From Heteronotia binoei (taxonomy: Eukaryota): a stretch of DNA of 64,000 bases. The position numbers and the translations under genes are program-made. The first letter of the stretch is position 1. The number at the start of each line of letters is the position of its first letter. The notes beneath the pieces are model-generated. The model saw nothing but the letters and a program-made list of their open reading frames with translations, had not been told where the DNA came from and did not search any database. Below are positions 1-12,677 of the stretch, in pieces. The DNA is taken from positions 87,544,001 to 87,608,000 of the forward strand of contig NC_083230.1 of assembly GCF_032191835.1 (NCBI RefSeq), written 5' to 3'.

Positions 1-389
1 TTCCCAGAAGTGACATCACACCATTGCTGATGGCTGGCCTCCATGACTTTGCCCCACCCAGTCTCCTGGAGGGTTGCTTCCAGTCCTATTAAACTGAAAG
101 AGAGGACTATATGCAGCAGAATTAGTCATATCAATTGCCCACCTATGTCAGCCTCCTGCCTCTGTGCTCTACCCACCACATTCACTCATTGGAGCAGTGG
201 GAGAATAAATGGGGTTGGGGAATGATGGCATGGGCCTCAGGTCATCATTCCCAGTTAATCACCCAGAATGCAATGTTCTATGGTAAATGCAACTCTATGG
301 TAAATGCAATGCTCTAGGAACTTTCCAAAATCTCTATAGACTTTACCATAGAGTTGTTTTCGACTCTGGGGTGATGTTGCTTTCACAAT

Positions 390-611
390 GTTGTCACAGC
401 AGTCTTTTTACAGGGTGGTTTGCCATTGCCTTCCCCAGTCATCTACACTTTTCCCCCCAGCAAGCTGGGTACTCATTTTACCGACCTTGGAAGGGTGGAA
501 GGCTGAGTCAACCTGGAGCCGGCTACCTGAACCAGTTTCTGCTGGAATCGAACTCAGGTCATGAGCTCCGACTGCAGTACTGCAGCTTTACCACTCTGCG
601 CCATGGGGCTC
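390..611 (-). mobile_element. Sauria SINE (tRNA-derived head)
   Basis: Minus strand begins GAGCCCCATGGCGCAGAGTGGTAAAGCTGCAGTACTGCAG. Body contains cccccagcaagctgggtactcattttaccgacc...ggaaggctgagtcaacc, characteristic of Sauria SINE. The 3' boundary is approximate. Confidence 0.85.
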
Positions 612-649
612 TTAATAAACATCTTAGCTGTGCCTAAAAGAAAGTCGAT

Positions 650-1050
650 AAATGTTTTTGTTTACATTGGGTATTCTCATTAATAAATAAGTTGAGCAGG
701 ACTAGTTAAATAGTGGCTTTTATTTGTTCCTGGATTATTTTAGCAATCTCTGCAAATATTGATTTCTAGCATTTGCTATAACTGGACAAAACCACCACAT
801 ATGAATCAACGTCCCTAGTTCAATGCAACCTCTCCAACAGTTTTTACTGTCTATTTTCATTAAGTGAGCTAGCCTAACGGGACCAAAATACCACCTTTGA
901 GGTACCTTTAATTCATTCTGTTGTAAACCTCTTGACATTGATTTGAAAGGAAAACATTGAAATATTTATTCCCAGTCCTTATCATTAAATTTTGTATTCA
1001 GTTCTATTTCCCAGTTCTTTTTAATTTTCTGCACTGAAGTTTGTCTTTGA
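650..1050 (-). mobile_element. Degenerate L1-clade ORF2 C-terminal fragment (zinc-knuckle region)
   Basis: Translates to KKNWEIELNTKF..DWE..SMSRGLQQNELKVPQRWYFGP...CWRGCIELGTLIHMWWFCP, matching the L1 CCHC knuckle CWRGC-x-GTxxHxWWxC. Confidence 0.7.
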
Positions 1051-1074
1051 TTTAATAATATCCGATACATTTTA

Positions 1075-1599
1075 GTAATTAAAGACCCATGCAGCAATTA
1101 ACTTGTTAAGAACAGACTCTGCACTCGATCTAGATGGGTTCACATTAGAGTTTCACAAGCATTATAAAGATATATCCCCCCCTTTTCTTGTTTCTCTATT
1201 TACTGAGATCGCGGAAGGATCCCCATTGCCTCCTTCTTGGTTGGAATCTAAATTAATTTTAATACCTAAAACAAATAAAGATCCCATGTCTAGGGAGTCT
1301 CATTGCCTGATTTCATTGATGAATACAGACTATTGCTTTCAGATTTCTGTATTATATGAAGACACTTCCAGATTTCACAGTATATGATAATGCTTTTTGT
1401 AAAAAGTTGAACTTGCTTCCAACCCTCTATAGCTCTATTCTGGTAGGAAGGAAAAGAAAAAGGGTATTATACCCGCAGATTTCTCCATTGAATTCCATTC
1501 TATCCCATCCAAAATTTGTTCCAGCAAATAATAGTAGTGAACCCTGGATGGAAGGAAAGATTTGTGAAGGGACTAAATAGCAGCTGAAACATCAGAGGA

Positions 1600-1688
<89 letters not shown>

Positions 1689-1770
1689 CAAATAAACAGA
1701 CCATTAATTCAAAATATAGATAAGGAAGAGGGGAAATTTCTGAGGTTATACTCGTATTTAAAGAATCTCT
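1075..1770 (+). mobile_element. Degenerate L1-clade ORF2 fragment (RT start plus post-RT region), internally deleted
   Basis: DGFTLEFHK...SWLESKLILIPKTNKDP...ISLMNTD corresponds to the RT N-terminus. SPLNSILSHPKFVP and EGKFLRLYSYL resemble post-RT L1 motifs. Interrupted by a (GAAA)n array. Confidence 0.65.
1597..1686 (+). repeat. (GAAA)n microsatellite
   Basis: About 22 perfect GAAA units. Confidence 0.98.
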
Positions 1771-3228
1771 GAACCTAGGGTCCAGCAGGGGAATATGTGC
1801 TGAGAGACAATATTCATTAATCACTGAAGACTGAATCTGATTTCCTCTATAGAGATTATTATAGACATACACAAAGGAATATAAAATATCTTTTGGTTTA
1901 TTAAACATCTCCTCCTTTTAAATTTTTAACAGCCATGATTAAAAAAACTGCCACATGGGCATGAGCTCTAATTGAAGGAAGACCAAGTTCTGCCTGCTAT
2001 AGAGCCACTGGCAATCCCTTCGACAGTGCCAAATGTGTCTAAAGAGGGGGGGAGGAGATCTGATTCCTCCAAATGTTAACAACTTTTCCCAGGTAGTGGA
2101 CCCCGATACTAGTCAAATTGCTTAACCAGATAAATAACCCTCCTTCCTCTGCTCAATGCCTAGAAAGCAGAATTACAGCACACTATAAAGTATGTTCATT
2201 GGGTTGCAATTTCTTTAAATTACTGGCTTTATTGATTTTATGTGTACTTTTGTTGTACATCGTCTAATAATAATAATAATAATGATAATTCTAGTAGGAT
2301 GGAAAACTTGTATTGTAGTTTCATTCCATAAAAAGTGGACAAAACAAAGCCAAAAAATTATTGCCCCATAATAAATCTTCTTGACAAGGCTTCAAAACTT
2401 TAAGAGAAATATCTTCTTCTTTTGTACTAATACCTATTATTGCCAAAGAAAATGTCCATGATGAGAATCTTGACAGGGATACTTTGATTTTTGGAAACGA
2501 GAAATATGAAAATTGAATTTACCTTTCCACAATGATTGTTTTATCTTAAGACAGGCACTACATACAAGCACACTGATGATTTGTTCACAATTTTAAACAG
2601 TTTTCTGAAGAGGTCTGCATCACTATAGCTTGAAAGCAGAGCTGAGTCTCTGCACAGCAGAATTCTGTTGTCTGGCTACTTGATGAATAAGTTCACACTT
2701 AGGCATGTTGTTTAGAAAAGACAGAAGGTTTTTTTTGGGGGGGGGGTTTACTGTGAGAGAACACCATACTTGATAGAAAAGGCAGAGTAAAGGCTTTTAG
2801 CTATTTATCTCAGCTAGGCTGGAGACAGAGTAGACAGTATGTCCAGCCTTCACAGTGGACCCAGACAGAAAGACAGAGACCGGGGAGAGACCATCCTATC
2901 TACCCATGCACTAACTCTCTGCTGCCCTGCCCAGAGACTCCAAAGTCTATGCTTTGCAATGTTACACAGTTATGCAACATTGCACAGTCCATTCCTTTGA
3001 GCACAGTTGATGGCAGTTGGTAATTAAAACAATTTTATTGGTAAAATATGGTAATAAATCTATTTCTTACATCTTTAATAACTTCTTTTATCTATCCCAT
3101 ATATTACTTTCTACTCACCCCTCCCCCCGTTACTTGACCCCCGCCGGTGTTATTTACTTAAAATGCTAATATTTAAGGGTACCCTTAAGTATTAAAACAA
3201 AAAATTATATTCTTCTTCTTTCTAAAAC

Positions 3229-6200
3229 TTAATCATTATCAAAAATTGTCCAATGTCCTTTTATTTTCCACTCTTTTTCTACATATCTTCTAAACTTTTT
3301 CCACTCTGTTTTAAAAACTTCTAAATAATAATCTCTTAATATTCTTGTTAATTTGTCCAATTCACTCCATCTCATAACTTTTATAGTCCAATCCCATTTC
3401 TCTGGTATTTTTTCTTGCTTCCACAACTGCGCATATAATGTCCTAGCAGCTGAAAGCAAGTACCAAATTACAGTTCTATCTTCTTTTGGAAATTTTTCCA
3501 TTTGTAATCCCAACAGAAGAGTCTCTGCAACTTTCTTAAATGCATATCCCAAGATCTTAGAAATTTCTTGTTGAATCATCTGCCAATACTTTTTTACTCT
3601 TTTACAAATCCATGACATATGGTAGAAAGAACTGTCATGTTTTTTTACATTTCCAACATCTATCTGGCATCTTATTGTTCATCTTTGCCAATTTTTTAGG
3701 AGTCATATACCATCTATACATCATTTTAAAACAGTTCTCTTTAATACTATGACACATCGAAAGCTTCATAGAATTCTTCCACAAGTATTCCCAAGTTTCC
3801 ATCTGTATTTCTTTATTTACATTAATTGCCCATTTAATCATTTGAGATTTCACTACTTCATCCTCCGTAGACTATTTTAAAAGTAATTTATATATTTTTG
3901 AAATTAATTTTTCATTGTCTCCAAGCAGAACTTTTTCCATTTCTGTTTGTTCTTTTCTTATTTCTTCAGTTTTGATATCTTTTCCACCAAGCTCTTTATT
4001 TGTTGCATTTGGAACCAATCATATTTATTATTCAGCTCTTCAGCAGTTTTCAATTCTATTTTGCCACTTTGTATTTTTAATAATTGATTATATGACAACC
4101 ACTTTTCTTCACCTATCTCAGCCGTTATTTTTATTACTTCAGCTGGCACTATCCATAACGGTCTTCTCTCATCTCCATATTTCTTATATTTCATCCATGT
4201 ATTTAGCAAAATATTTCTTATATAATGGTGAGAGAAAAAACCGTCCATCTTTTTTCCATAATACAAATACGCATGCCAGCCAAATTTATTTCCATGACCT
4301 TCCAGCGCTAAGAGTTTTTTGTTTAACAGCATTTTCCATTCTTTTATCCACACTAAACAAATTGCTTCCTGATATAATTTTAAATTTGGTAGTTGAAATC
4401 CACTTCTCTCTTTTGCATCTGTTAAAATTTTAATTTTGATCCTTGGTTTCTTCCCAGCCCACACAAATTCTGAAATTTTTCTTCGTCATTTATCAAATTG
4501 TTTACTATCTTTCACAATGGGAATAGTTTGAAACAAATACATTATTCTTGGTAGAATATTCATTTTAATTGCAGCTATTCTACCCAGCAATGAGAAATTA
4601 AGTTTATTCCATTTTAACATATCTTCATCCATTTTACACCTAGCTTCTCATAGTTATTTTTAAACAGATCAATATTCTTCATTGTTATCTTCACACCCTA
4701 ATATTTTACCTTAGAGGTAACTTCACAGCCCGTCAGTCTCTGCAAGACCTGTTGCTTGTTTGTTTGCATATGTTTACATAAAAATTTTGATTTTTCTTTG
4801 TTAATATAAAGTCCCGCTAACTCCCCATATTCTTGTATTTTAGCTAACAACAAAGGTATAACTTGTATGGGATTTTCATTTATAAACATTATATCATCGG
4901 CAAATGCTCTGTATTTGTAAGTAAATCCTTTTATTTTTAATCCTTCTATTTCTTTATCTTCTTGGATCTGCATCAGTAATATTTCAAGAGTCATTATAGA
5001 CAACAATGGGGAAAGTGGACAGCCTTGTCTTGTACCTTTGCTAATTATCATATCTTCTGTAAGATCTGCATTTATACATAGCCTTGCACGTTGTTCGGTG
5101 TATATTGCTTTTATCATTCTTATAAAGTTTTCTCCCAGCTCCATTTTCTCCATTACTGCAAACATAAAGTCCCAGTTTAAATTGTCAAATGCTTTCTCTG
5201 CATCCGCAAAGAATAATGCTACTTCCTTTTCTGGATGTCTTTCGTAATATTCTACAGTATTTACAACAGTTCTGATATTGTCTCTTATTTGCCTTTTGGG
5301 AAGAAATCCCGCTTGATCTTCCTTTATAAAAATTATCAAATGTTGTTTAAGCCATTTTGCCAAGATTCTTGTATATATTTTATAGTCATTGTTTAATAGC
5401 GAAATTGGTCTGTAATTTTTTACATTCGTGACATCTCTATCTTCCTTTGGTATCAACGAAATAACAGCTTCCTTCCATGTGTTTGGTATTTTCCCTTTTA
5501 TTCTTATCATATTCATCAACTTCTGCAATTTCGGTATTAACTCATCTTTAAAGGTTTTAAAATATTTAGCTGTATATACATCTGGGCCAGGTGCCTTTCT
5601 ATTTTTCACTGCATTAATTGCTGCTTCAATTTCTATTTTTTCCATTGGATCATTCAAAACTTTTCGCATATTTTCTGTTAAGGGTTCTATTTTTATCTTT
5701 TGTAGATACTCATCCATCTTTTCTTTATTTTAACACCTTTAAACAACTTGGCATGATACTTAAAAAATTCTCTTTTTATTCCCTCTTGGCTAACCACCTC
5801 TCTTCCATCTACCACAATTTTATTAATAATTTTATTTTCTCTCTTTTTCTTCAGTTGCCAAGCCAAATACTTTCCAGGTTTATTTGCTCCCTCAAAAGAT
5901 TTCTGCTGCAGACTTTTCATATTCCATTCCAATTCTTTATTTAACAAATGTCTCATTTGCGTTTGTAATATTGTAATTTCCCTTATCATTTTCTTTTTCC
6001 CTGTCCTTTTTCTCAACTCCCCTTCTTTTTTCTTTATTTCATTTTGAATGTCCAACAACTGTTTTTCTTTTGCTCTCTTATCTTTATTATTCAAAGTAAT
6101 CAATATTCCTCTCATTACTGCTTTGTAGGCATCCCAGACTGTCTGAAATTCTATATCCTCTTTGTCATTCATTTGAAAGAAAGCTTTAGTTTTATTTTCT

Positions 6201-6978
6201 AGGTATGTCACTATTTCTTTATTCTGTAGTAAATCTTCATTCAATCTCCATCTTCTCAACTTCTTAGACAATTTTGTAATCCACATTATTGGGTTATGGT
6301 CAGCCCCAATTTTAGGTAAAATCTCTATTTTCCTTGTTAGAAGATTTAAATCTTTAGTGCCCCACAACATGTCAATTCTGGAAAAAGTTTTGTGTCTTGC
6401 TGAAAAAAAGGTGTAGTCCCGCACTTCAGGGTTAAATTTCCTCCATATGTCCTCCAAATTTTCTTGTTTGACCAATTAAAAAAAATACTTTGGCAATTTT
6501 CCTTCTTTGTTATTAATTTTTTCCCCCAGACCTATCCAATGAATTCTTAATTGTTCCATTAAGGTCTCCCATTATCAAAACTTGGTCATAAGTCAGTTTA
6601 TCAAGTTGTTGTATAATGTTTTTTAAAAAAGCATCTTTTGCACCATTAGGCGCATAAGGGCCCAATAACAACGGGTTTTTTTGCATTTAATATTATTTCA
6701 ACTGCTACAAATCTTCCATCTTTATCTTTAAACACTAATTTTGGCTCCAATTCTTGTTTAATATAAAAAATCACTCTTCTTTTCTTCTGCTCAGCCAATG
6801 AAAAAAATTCTAACACCAATTTTTTATTCCATAAAAATTTGTAATTTTTTTGTTTAATATGCACTTTTTGTAAACAAACTATATTACAATTTTGCTTTTT
6901 AATCTAATGAAATGTTGCCCTTCTTTTTTGTGGTGAATTTAGTCCATTTACATTCCAAGACAATAATTTGTAATCCAT
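3229..6978 (-). pseudogene. L1 ORF2 (AP endonuclease, reverse transcriptase, zinc knuckle) with multiple stops and frameshifts
   Basis: Starts MDYKLLSWNVNGLNSPQKR. Contains APE motifs (TFFSARHKTFSRIDM, ADHNP), RT motifs (KAPGPD, YRPISLLNNDYK, DAEKAFD, GTRQGCPLSPLL, AFADD) and CWKCKK..FYHM.W.C. Split over ORFs 6646-6864, 5693-6475, 4698-5717, 3958-4464, 3635-3853 and 3229-3618. Confidence 0.93.
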
Positions 6979-7726
6979 CATGGTGCATATTCTTTATGTT
7001 CTTCATAAAATCTACGCAGTTCCTTTGCATTTGTAATTGTGATTCCTTTCCCCTAAAGCTCAAACCTTCAGGTATTATCCATTTAAACCTCATTTCATTG
7101 TCCTGTAATTTTTCTGGCAGTTTTTTATATGTTCTTCTGTCATTTATCACTTGCCTTGGCAACTCCTTCATAATTCTTACTCTGCTGCCTCCCACTATCA
7201 ATGTCTTTTCAAAGTTTTTGTTTATGATCTTTCCCATAATTTCTTTTGTCATGTATCTTATGTCTACATCTCTTGGTAAATTATTCTTTTTGGCATAGAG
7301 TGAGTTCACTCTATACATATAATCATACATATTTTTAGTCTCTTCAGGGACTTCCTCTAAAAATTCTGCAATTATTTTTATTATATATTCTTTCAAGTCA
7401 CCATCTTCCTTTTCAGGTACTCCTCTCAGACATATGTGAGTCTCCATCAATTTGCAGTCATGGATTGTCACTTTTTCTGGTATTTTCAACAAGGTGGAGT
7501 CATGTACTTTCATTCTCCCTTTTACCTCCTGCACTTTCTTAGATATTTCCTCTGTCTCATTTCTGAGATCTTCCATATCTTTTTAAATCTCTTCTATAAT
7601 TTCTTTTTTTGATTCAGTTATCATCTCTTTCATGCCTTTCATCATTCTGGCCTCCATTACCTCTAATTGATCCTGCATTTTCTCCAATGAAGTAGCCCTT
7701 GCACGGGTTTGCTTGTGTTCTGACAT
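6978..7726 (-). pseudogene. L1 ORF1 (coiled coil plus RRM/CTD type), frameshifted
   Basis: ATG at 7726 (MSEHKQTRAR..), frameshift in a T-run near 7605, then LRGVPEKE..RVNS..PRDV..RIMKELP..FKWIIPEGL. A probable second indel near 7048 restores ..ELRRFYEEHKEYAP-stop. Confidence 0.85.
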
Positions 7727-10589
7727 TTAAAAACACCGAAAATTTTGATCTCACTAATTTCAAATTTTACTATCAGGTTCAAAAGATTAGAGCTTGCTTT
7801 TTACAACAAGCCCAATTTCTCCGTCCTCAGAGCTTTCCAGACTGAGATATGAATTTTTAAAATTTTTAAATCCTTCAAAATGGCGGTTGCGACTTTTTGC
7901 TTCTCTCTGAAGATTTTTTTGCTTTTTCTTTTAAAGGCTTCTAAAGTCCATTATAAACAATATGTCCAATAGTATTTATCTTCTTATCATCATCTCAATT
8001 AATTCCAACAACTTTTAATGTCCCAAACACTTTAAAAATATTATTTTAATTTTGACCTCTTTGCAATGGCCACCGATGTTTCTCAATGGTATTATAATCC
8101 TAGAGTAGGCTTTTCATCTGCTACTTCCTGCTTTACTTGCCACCAAATCTCATTTTCACTGGTAAAGAGATCTCACAATACTTGACGTACTTCCTGTGTT
8201 GATTGTATATACTACAGGTCTGTGACAATGGTGCTCTTTTTTCAAAACCGCAAGTAGACCAAACAATAAATTCCTTTCCACTTTTTAGCACTGCCCTTTA
8301 AATTTACAAAGTCCAAATTTCACCTCTTCCTCCCTTCTTCTTCCAAGCTTTCTAGATTTCCATTTCCCACCTTCTGAATTTATTCTGTTTAACTGTAAAT
8401 AGTCCCAGAATGAAAGATAGTAATCTGTACCTTTTCTGCCAGTTATCCATATCCACACCGGTCTTATGTAGCTTTATATGTTTAGCAATGTCCAAGAAGG
8501 TTAGGATTCTGTCGAGCTTATGTCAAATAAATGACTCTGAGAACTTCTGTAGATGATGAAAATGCAACTCTTCTCTGGAGACCCCTCAAAGCCTCAAAGG
8601 AGCCTCCCCCCGGGACTCCCTTTTAGCCAAGGTAAATCTCCTCAAAGTTTCCTGTGCATATCTTGGACTAATCTCTAACTGAGAAAAGTAGGCAGTAGGC
8701 ATTAATTTGCCTTTCACTACCCCGAACAGAAGTTCCAGCCTGCTCCCATTATGAGAAGCAGCTCAGCTCGGCATTTTCCTCCCCAGAAGTCTCCAGTTGA
8801 TGGCAGTTGGCATGGGAGCTGGCCAGGTAGCTGCCATTGGCATGCACTCTCCATTTACTGGATTGCTTCAATAATGGATTCTTCAAGTGTATGTGCTCCT
8901 TTGAAACCTGCATTGTTGGTGGCATTTATCACTCAGCATCATTCATCATATTGGCACATATTCAGAATTTAATGGATCAAGCTATGGTTCCCAGACAGCC
9001 ATGTGAGATCAAATTTGCCATCCAATTCAGAACAATGAATATGAATACTCTCGACTTTTGGCATCGGACACATCAAATAGGCAGGACTAGAATATTACAG
9101 AGATAAGCCATAACTCCCCCTCCCCAGTCCCCACACCACTCCAGTTGGATTGAGACTGCCAAAAAAGCTACCTCTTTTGTACATCAATCTGTTTTTTTTT
9201 CCTGATGGGTGTTGTGCAGAAATGCTCTTTACCCTAAAATCTACCTCAGTATTAATAAATTTATTAACTGAAAATACTCTCCACATGTACTCCATCAACT
9301 TTAATATTGGTAATGGACTGAGATGGGGACACTTAAAGGAGATAAATAATCTCTCTCCAACACTACTTTTTCTGGCTTTTGCATGTTTACATGAGAGTCT
9401 AGATCAGCTTTGCCCCTGGCATGCAGAAACATCCTCCACGATCTTTTTGGTCAAGGCCACCAACTGCTCTGTTATATTTCTGGCCATAATAATGACAGAA
9501 CCCACATTTTCTTCTGTGCCTCAAAAGGGATTTTGAGATATGAGCAGGCTTGGCTGGCTAGCTCTGCATACTTGGCCTCATTCTGATCATGAACCAGCAC
9601 TTCCTGAAATCTTCAGACAAGTGGCTCATTTAATCATTTGACTTATTTGATTTAATTTCATATTTCTTTGACAAGAAGAATGCCACTCAGCCCTGGCAAC
9701 ACTGCTACTTTTAAATTGGTGACTTGGTTTTAAAGCATGTTTTTTTTTTTCCTGCTTTGCTTGACATAATCCTTCAAAGGTATGGTTCCGGTATGAACAA
9801 TCATCTGATGTCTTCTAAAGTGAAGGTGAATGCAAAGAATTTATTTACCTTTTAGTTTGTAGTTTAGTTTCCCTGCCTTCCTTTCTCATCTGAGACTGAC
9901 TTCTCACCAGCAGTTGCTTCACACCGGGGCTTCTGCTTGAGCTGGATTTCCAGATTCGTTTGCTGTAAGGGGAATGGGAGGTGGCCGTGGATCAAAAGGC
10001 ACCCACACAGGAACTGGCGGGGAATCGATCGCTTGAGCTGGCTCATACAGATGCCTGGGGGTGGAACAACTGCCAGTGAGGAATCAGTCTGATGGTTTTA
10101 TAATGCCTTTCTGTCCAGTTCTCAGGTACTGGGCATTATTTCTGTTTGTGTAACTTTAGCAAGTTTCCTTCCCATTCCCATTCCATTTAATTTTCCATAG
10201 TTTTTGCTTGTTTTAACTTGAGGCAGTGGTATCTTTATAATTTATTTGCCAACTTTTTCTGATTGTTTGTATACATTTTATTTAAGCCTTTGCTGTAGTT
10301 CAAAATAACAAGAACAGCACAACCCTCCATCCTTGATCAGAGTTGACCCTCCAATCAAAATTCTTCAGCTTGGTTTTAACTTGTCAGTTTTTAATAATTT
10401 CTTTTAAAAATTGTTGGCAGAGCAATTAACACAGCAACAGTGCACAAGTAGCAATCTGGAGGCAGACAAGGAACAACACTTAAAAGGAGAGAAGATACTG
10501 ACCTCACTATCCTATCTAATTATCTTCTTGCTGTCTCCTTCAGGATCTTCTTCTCTTCATTGACCGATTCCCAACTAGCCTTACCCTGC

Positions 10590-10770
10590 TCTCACTCTCT
10601 TCTTCTTCACAGGGCTGCCATCGGATTTTGTACAAGCTGCCCCGAGGCTGCAACTCACTCCGCTAAAAAATGGTTTCTGTTTGCCATGCGAAAGAGGCGA
10701 AGCAAGTTGCAGCCCCAGGGCAGCTAATGCAAAATCCAACAGAAGCCCTGTGGAAAAGAGGAGAGTGGGG
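10590..10770. repeat. Imperfect inverted repeat (about 70-bp arms), MITE-like hairpin
   Basis: 10590-10662 (..agggctgccatcggattttgtacaagctgccccgaggctgcaact..) is the reverse complement of about 10697-10770 (..agttgcagccccagggcagctaatgcaaaatccaacagaagccct..). Confidence 0.7.
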
Positions 10771-10926
10771 AATCAGCCATTGTCTTTTCCAACAGCCTTT
10801 CTCAAAGTCCACAAGGTTCATCTTATGTAGACTTTCAGACTTTTTTGGGAGAAAGTGGGTTGATGAGTGCATCTGCAATTAATGATGTGTACGATAGTAT
10901 TCCAACTCAGGAAGCTCTTCTTCTTG

Positions 10927-12093
10927 ACTTCCGGGGAAGGAAAATGCCGAGCTGAGCTGTCTCTCATAACGGGAGCAGGCTGGAACTTCTGTTCGGGGTA
11001 GTAGAAGGCAAATTAATGCCTACTGCCTACTTTTCTCAGTGAGAGAAGAGTCCAAGACATGCACGGAAACTTTGGAAAGAGATTTACCTTGGCTTAAAGG
11101 GAGCCCTGGAGAGGGTCTTCTTTGAGGCTTTGAGGGGTCTCGGGAAGTTGCATAGTCATCGTCTGCAGAAGTGCCCAGAGTCATTTATTTGACATAAGCT
11201 CGTCAGGATCCTAACCTTCTTGGACATTTCTAAACACTTAAAGCTTTGAAAGACCAGTGGAAACTTGGATAATTGGAAGAAAAATCTTGGGAATATTTGT
11301 GGAAGAACTCTATGAAACTCGCAACATGTCAAAGTATTAAAGAAAATTGTTTTAAGATGATGTATAGATGGTACATGACTCCAAAAAAAAAATTAGCAAA
11401 GATGAACAACAAGATGCCAGACAGGTGTTGGAAATGTAAAAAGCATGAAGGTTCTTTCTACCATATGTGGTGGACTTGTGAAAGAGCTAAAATGTTTTGG
11501 CAAATGATTCAGCAAGAGATTTCTATGATTTTGGGATATGAATTTAACAAAGTTGCAGAGACTTTTCTGCTGGGATTACAAATGGAAAAATTTCCAAAAG
11601 AAGATAGAACTTTAATATGGTACTTGCTCTCAGCTGCTAGGACATTGTATGCGCAGCTGTCAAAGCAAGAAAAAATACCAGAGAAATGGGACTGGATTAT
11701 AACAGTTATGTCATGGAGTAAAATGGACAAACTAACAAGAAAATTAAGAGACTATGATTTGGAGCTTTTTAAGTTGGAGTGGAAGAAGTTCAGGAGATAC
11801 GTAGAAACAGAGTGGAAAATAAAAGGACATTGGACAATTTTTGATAATGATTAAGCTTTTCATTTTTTCTTTAAAACAAAAATATAATTTTTGGTTTTTT
11901 AATATTTAAAGGTACCTTTAATATTTGTTTTTTTTAAAGTAATTAACACTGGCGGGGGTCAAGTAACGGGGGGAGGGGTGGGGGAAAAGTAAGATATGGG
12001 GTAGAAGAATTTCTCTTTTTTAAGTCTTTATAAGATGTAGATATAGTTTTGCTACCATATGTTACTAATAAAAATTGTTTATTACATAAAAAA
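10927..12093 (+). mobile_element. Internally deleted L1 ('mini-L1'): about 355 bp of 5'UTR fused to the ORF2 3' end, 3'UTR and A-tail
   Basis: 16-bp TSD GAAGCTCTTCTTCTTG at 10911-10926 and 12094-12109. 10927-11283 aligns to the 5' end of the 3021-8793 element. From about 11285 it aligns to that element's 3' end (about 3800 down to 3021). Confidence 0.92.
11312..11854 (+). CDS. Open 180-aa frame encoding only the L1 ORF2 C-terminal zinc-knuckle domain (expression unknown)
   Basis: ATG at 11312 to TAA at 11854 with no stop; contains CWKCKKHEGSFYHMWWTC. Confidence 0.45.
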   Translation: MKLATCQSIKENCFKMMYRWYMTPKKKLAKMNNKMPDRCWKCKKHEGSFYHMWWTCERAKMFWQMIQQEISMILGYEFNKVAETFLLGLQMEKFPKEDRTLIWYLLSAARTLYAQLSKQEKIPEKWDWIITVMSWSKMDKLTRKLRDYDLELFKLEWKKFRRYVETEWKIKGHWTIFDND

Positions 12094-12677
12094 GAAGCTC
12101 TTCTTCTTGCATGTTTCTTACTAGGTGATGTGTTTTGGGTTTAACAGCATCATGGTCTCACTTATTAAAACCACCCATTCTACTAACTCTTCATCATCTG
12201 GCTCAGCTTAAAGCACCTCACACATTTGATATTTCATGAGAGCTGGCTTCTTACAGGCATGCAGGAAGCATCATCAGGAAGCTTTTGGCTTATTTTCAGT
12301 TTGAAGGCCTCTGTGAATAATGGCATTTGACAATATATGGCACTGCTGCTGAGTGATTGCTTATAATCTGCTTTTGTGCCATTTCTTGTCTGAGAGAAGC
12401 ACTGAACTGAATTATATGCAAAGGCTTTGTGTGACTGGGACACATGCCATGTCCATCTTTACTGAGGCGTTCTTTTATGTTTAGTAATTTGTTTACCATA
12501 GCAATAGCTACCCCTGACACTAAACTAGGGTTGCCAACCTTCAGGTAGGGCCTGGAGACACCCCCCGCCCTGGAATTTCAACTGATCTTCAATTGATAGA
12601 GATCAGTTCCTCTGGAGAAAATGGCTGCTTTGAAGAGTGGATTTTATGGCATTGTACCTTGCTAGGGTTGCCAGGTC

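Larger units (their letters stand above)
3021..8793 (-). mobile_element. Full-length L1-clade LINE (about 5.8 kb), inactivated
   Basis: 17-bp TSD CAGTTGATGGCAGTTGG at 3004-3020 and 8794-8810. About 1.07-kb 5'UTR, ORF1, ORF2 (APE-RT-CCHC), and a short 3'UTR with AATAAA. Confidence 0.95.

Noticed and set aside
1500-1908. ORFs containing FLSF repeats
   Set aside because: Artefact of the (GAAA)n microsatellite.
3915-7298. Plus-strand ORFs of 100-170 aa
   Set aside because: Antisense shadows of L1 ORF1/ORF2.
10480-10570. Lys/Glu-rich exon-like reading on the minus strand (also 16853-16935)
   Set aside because: The two segments are homologous to each other, so this is a dispersed repeat rather than exons.
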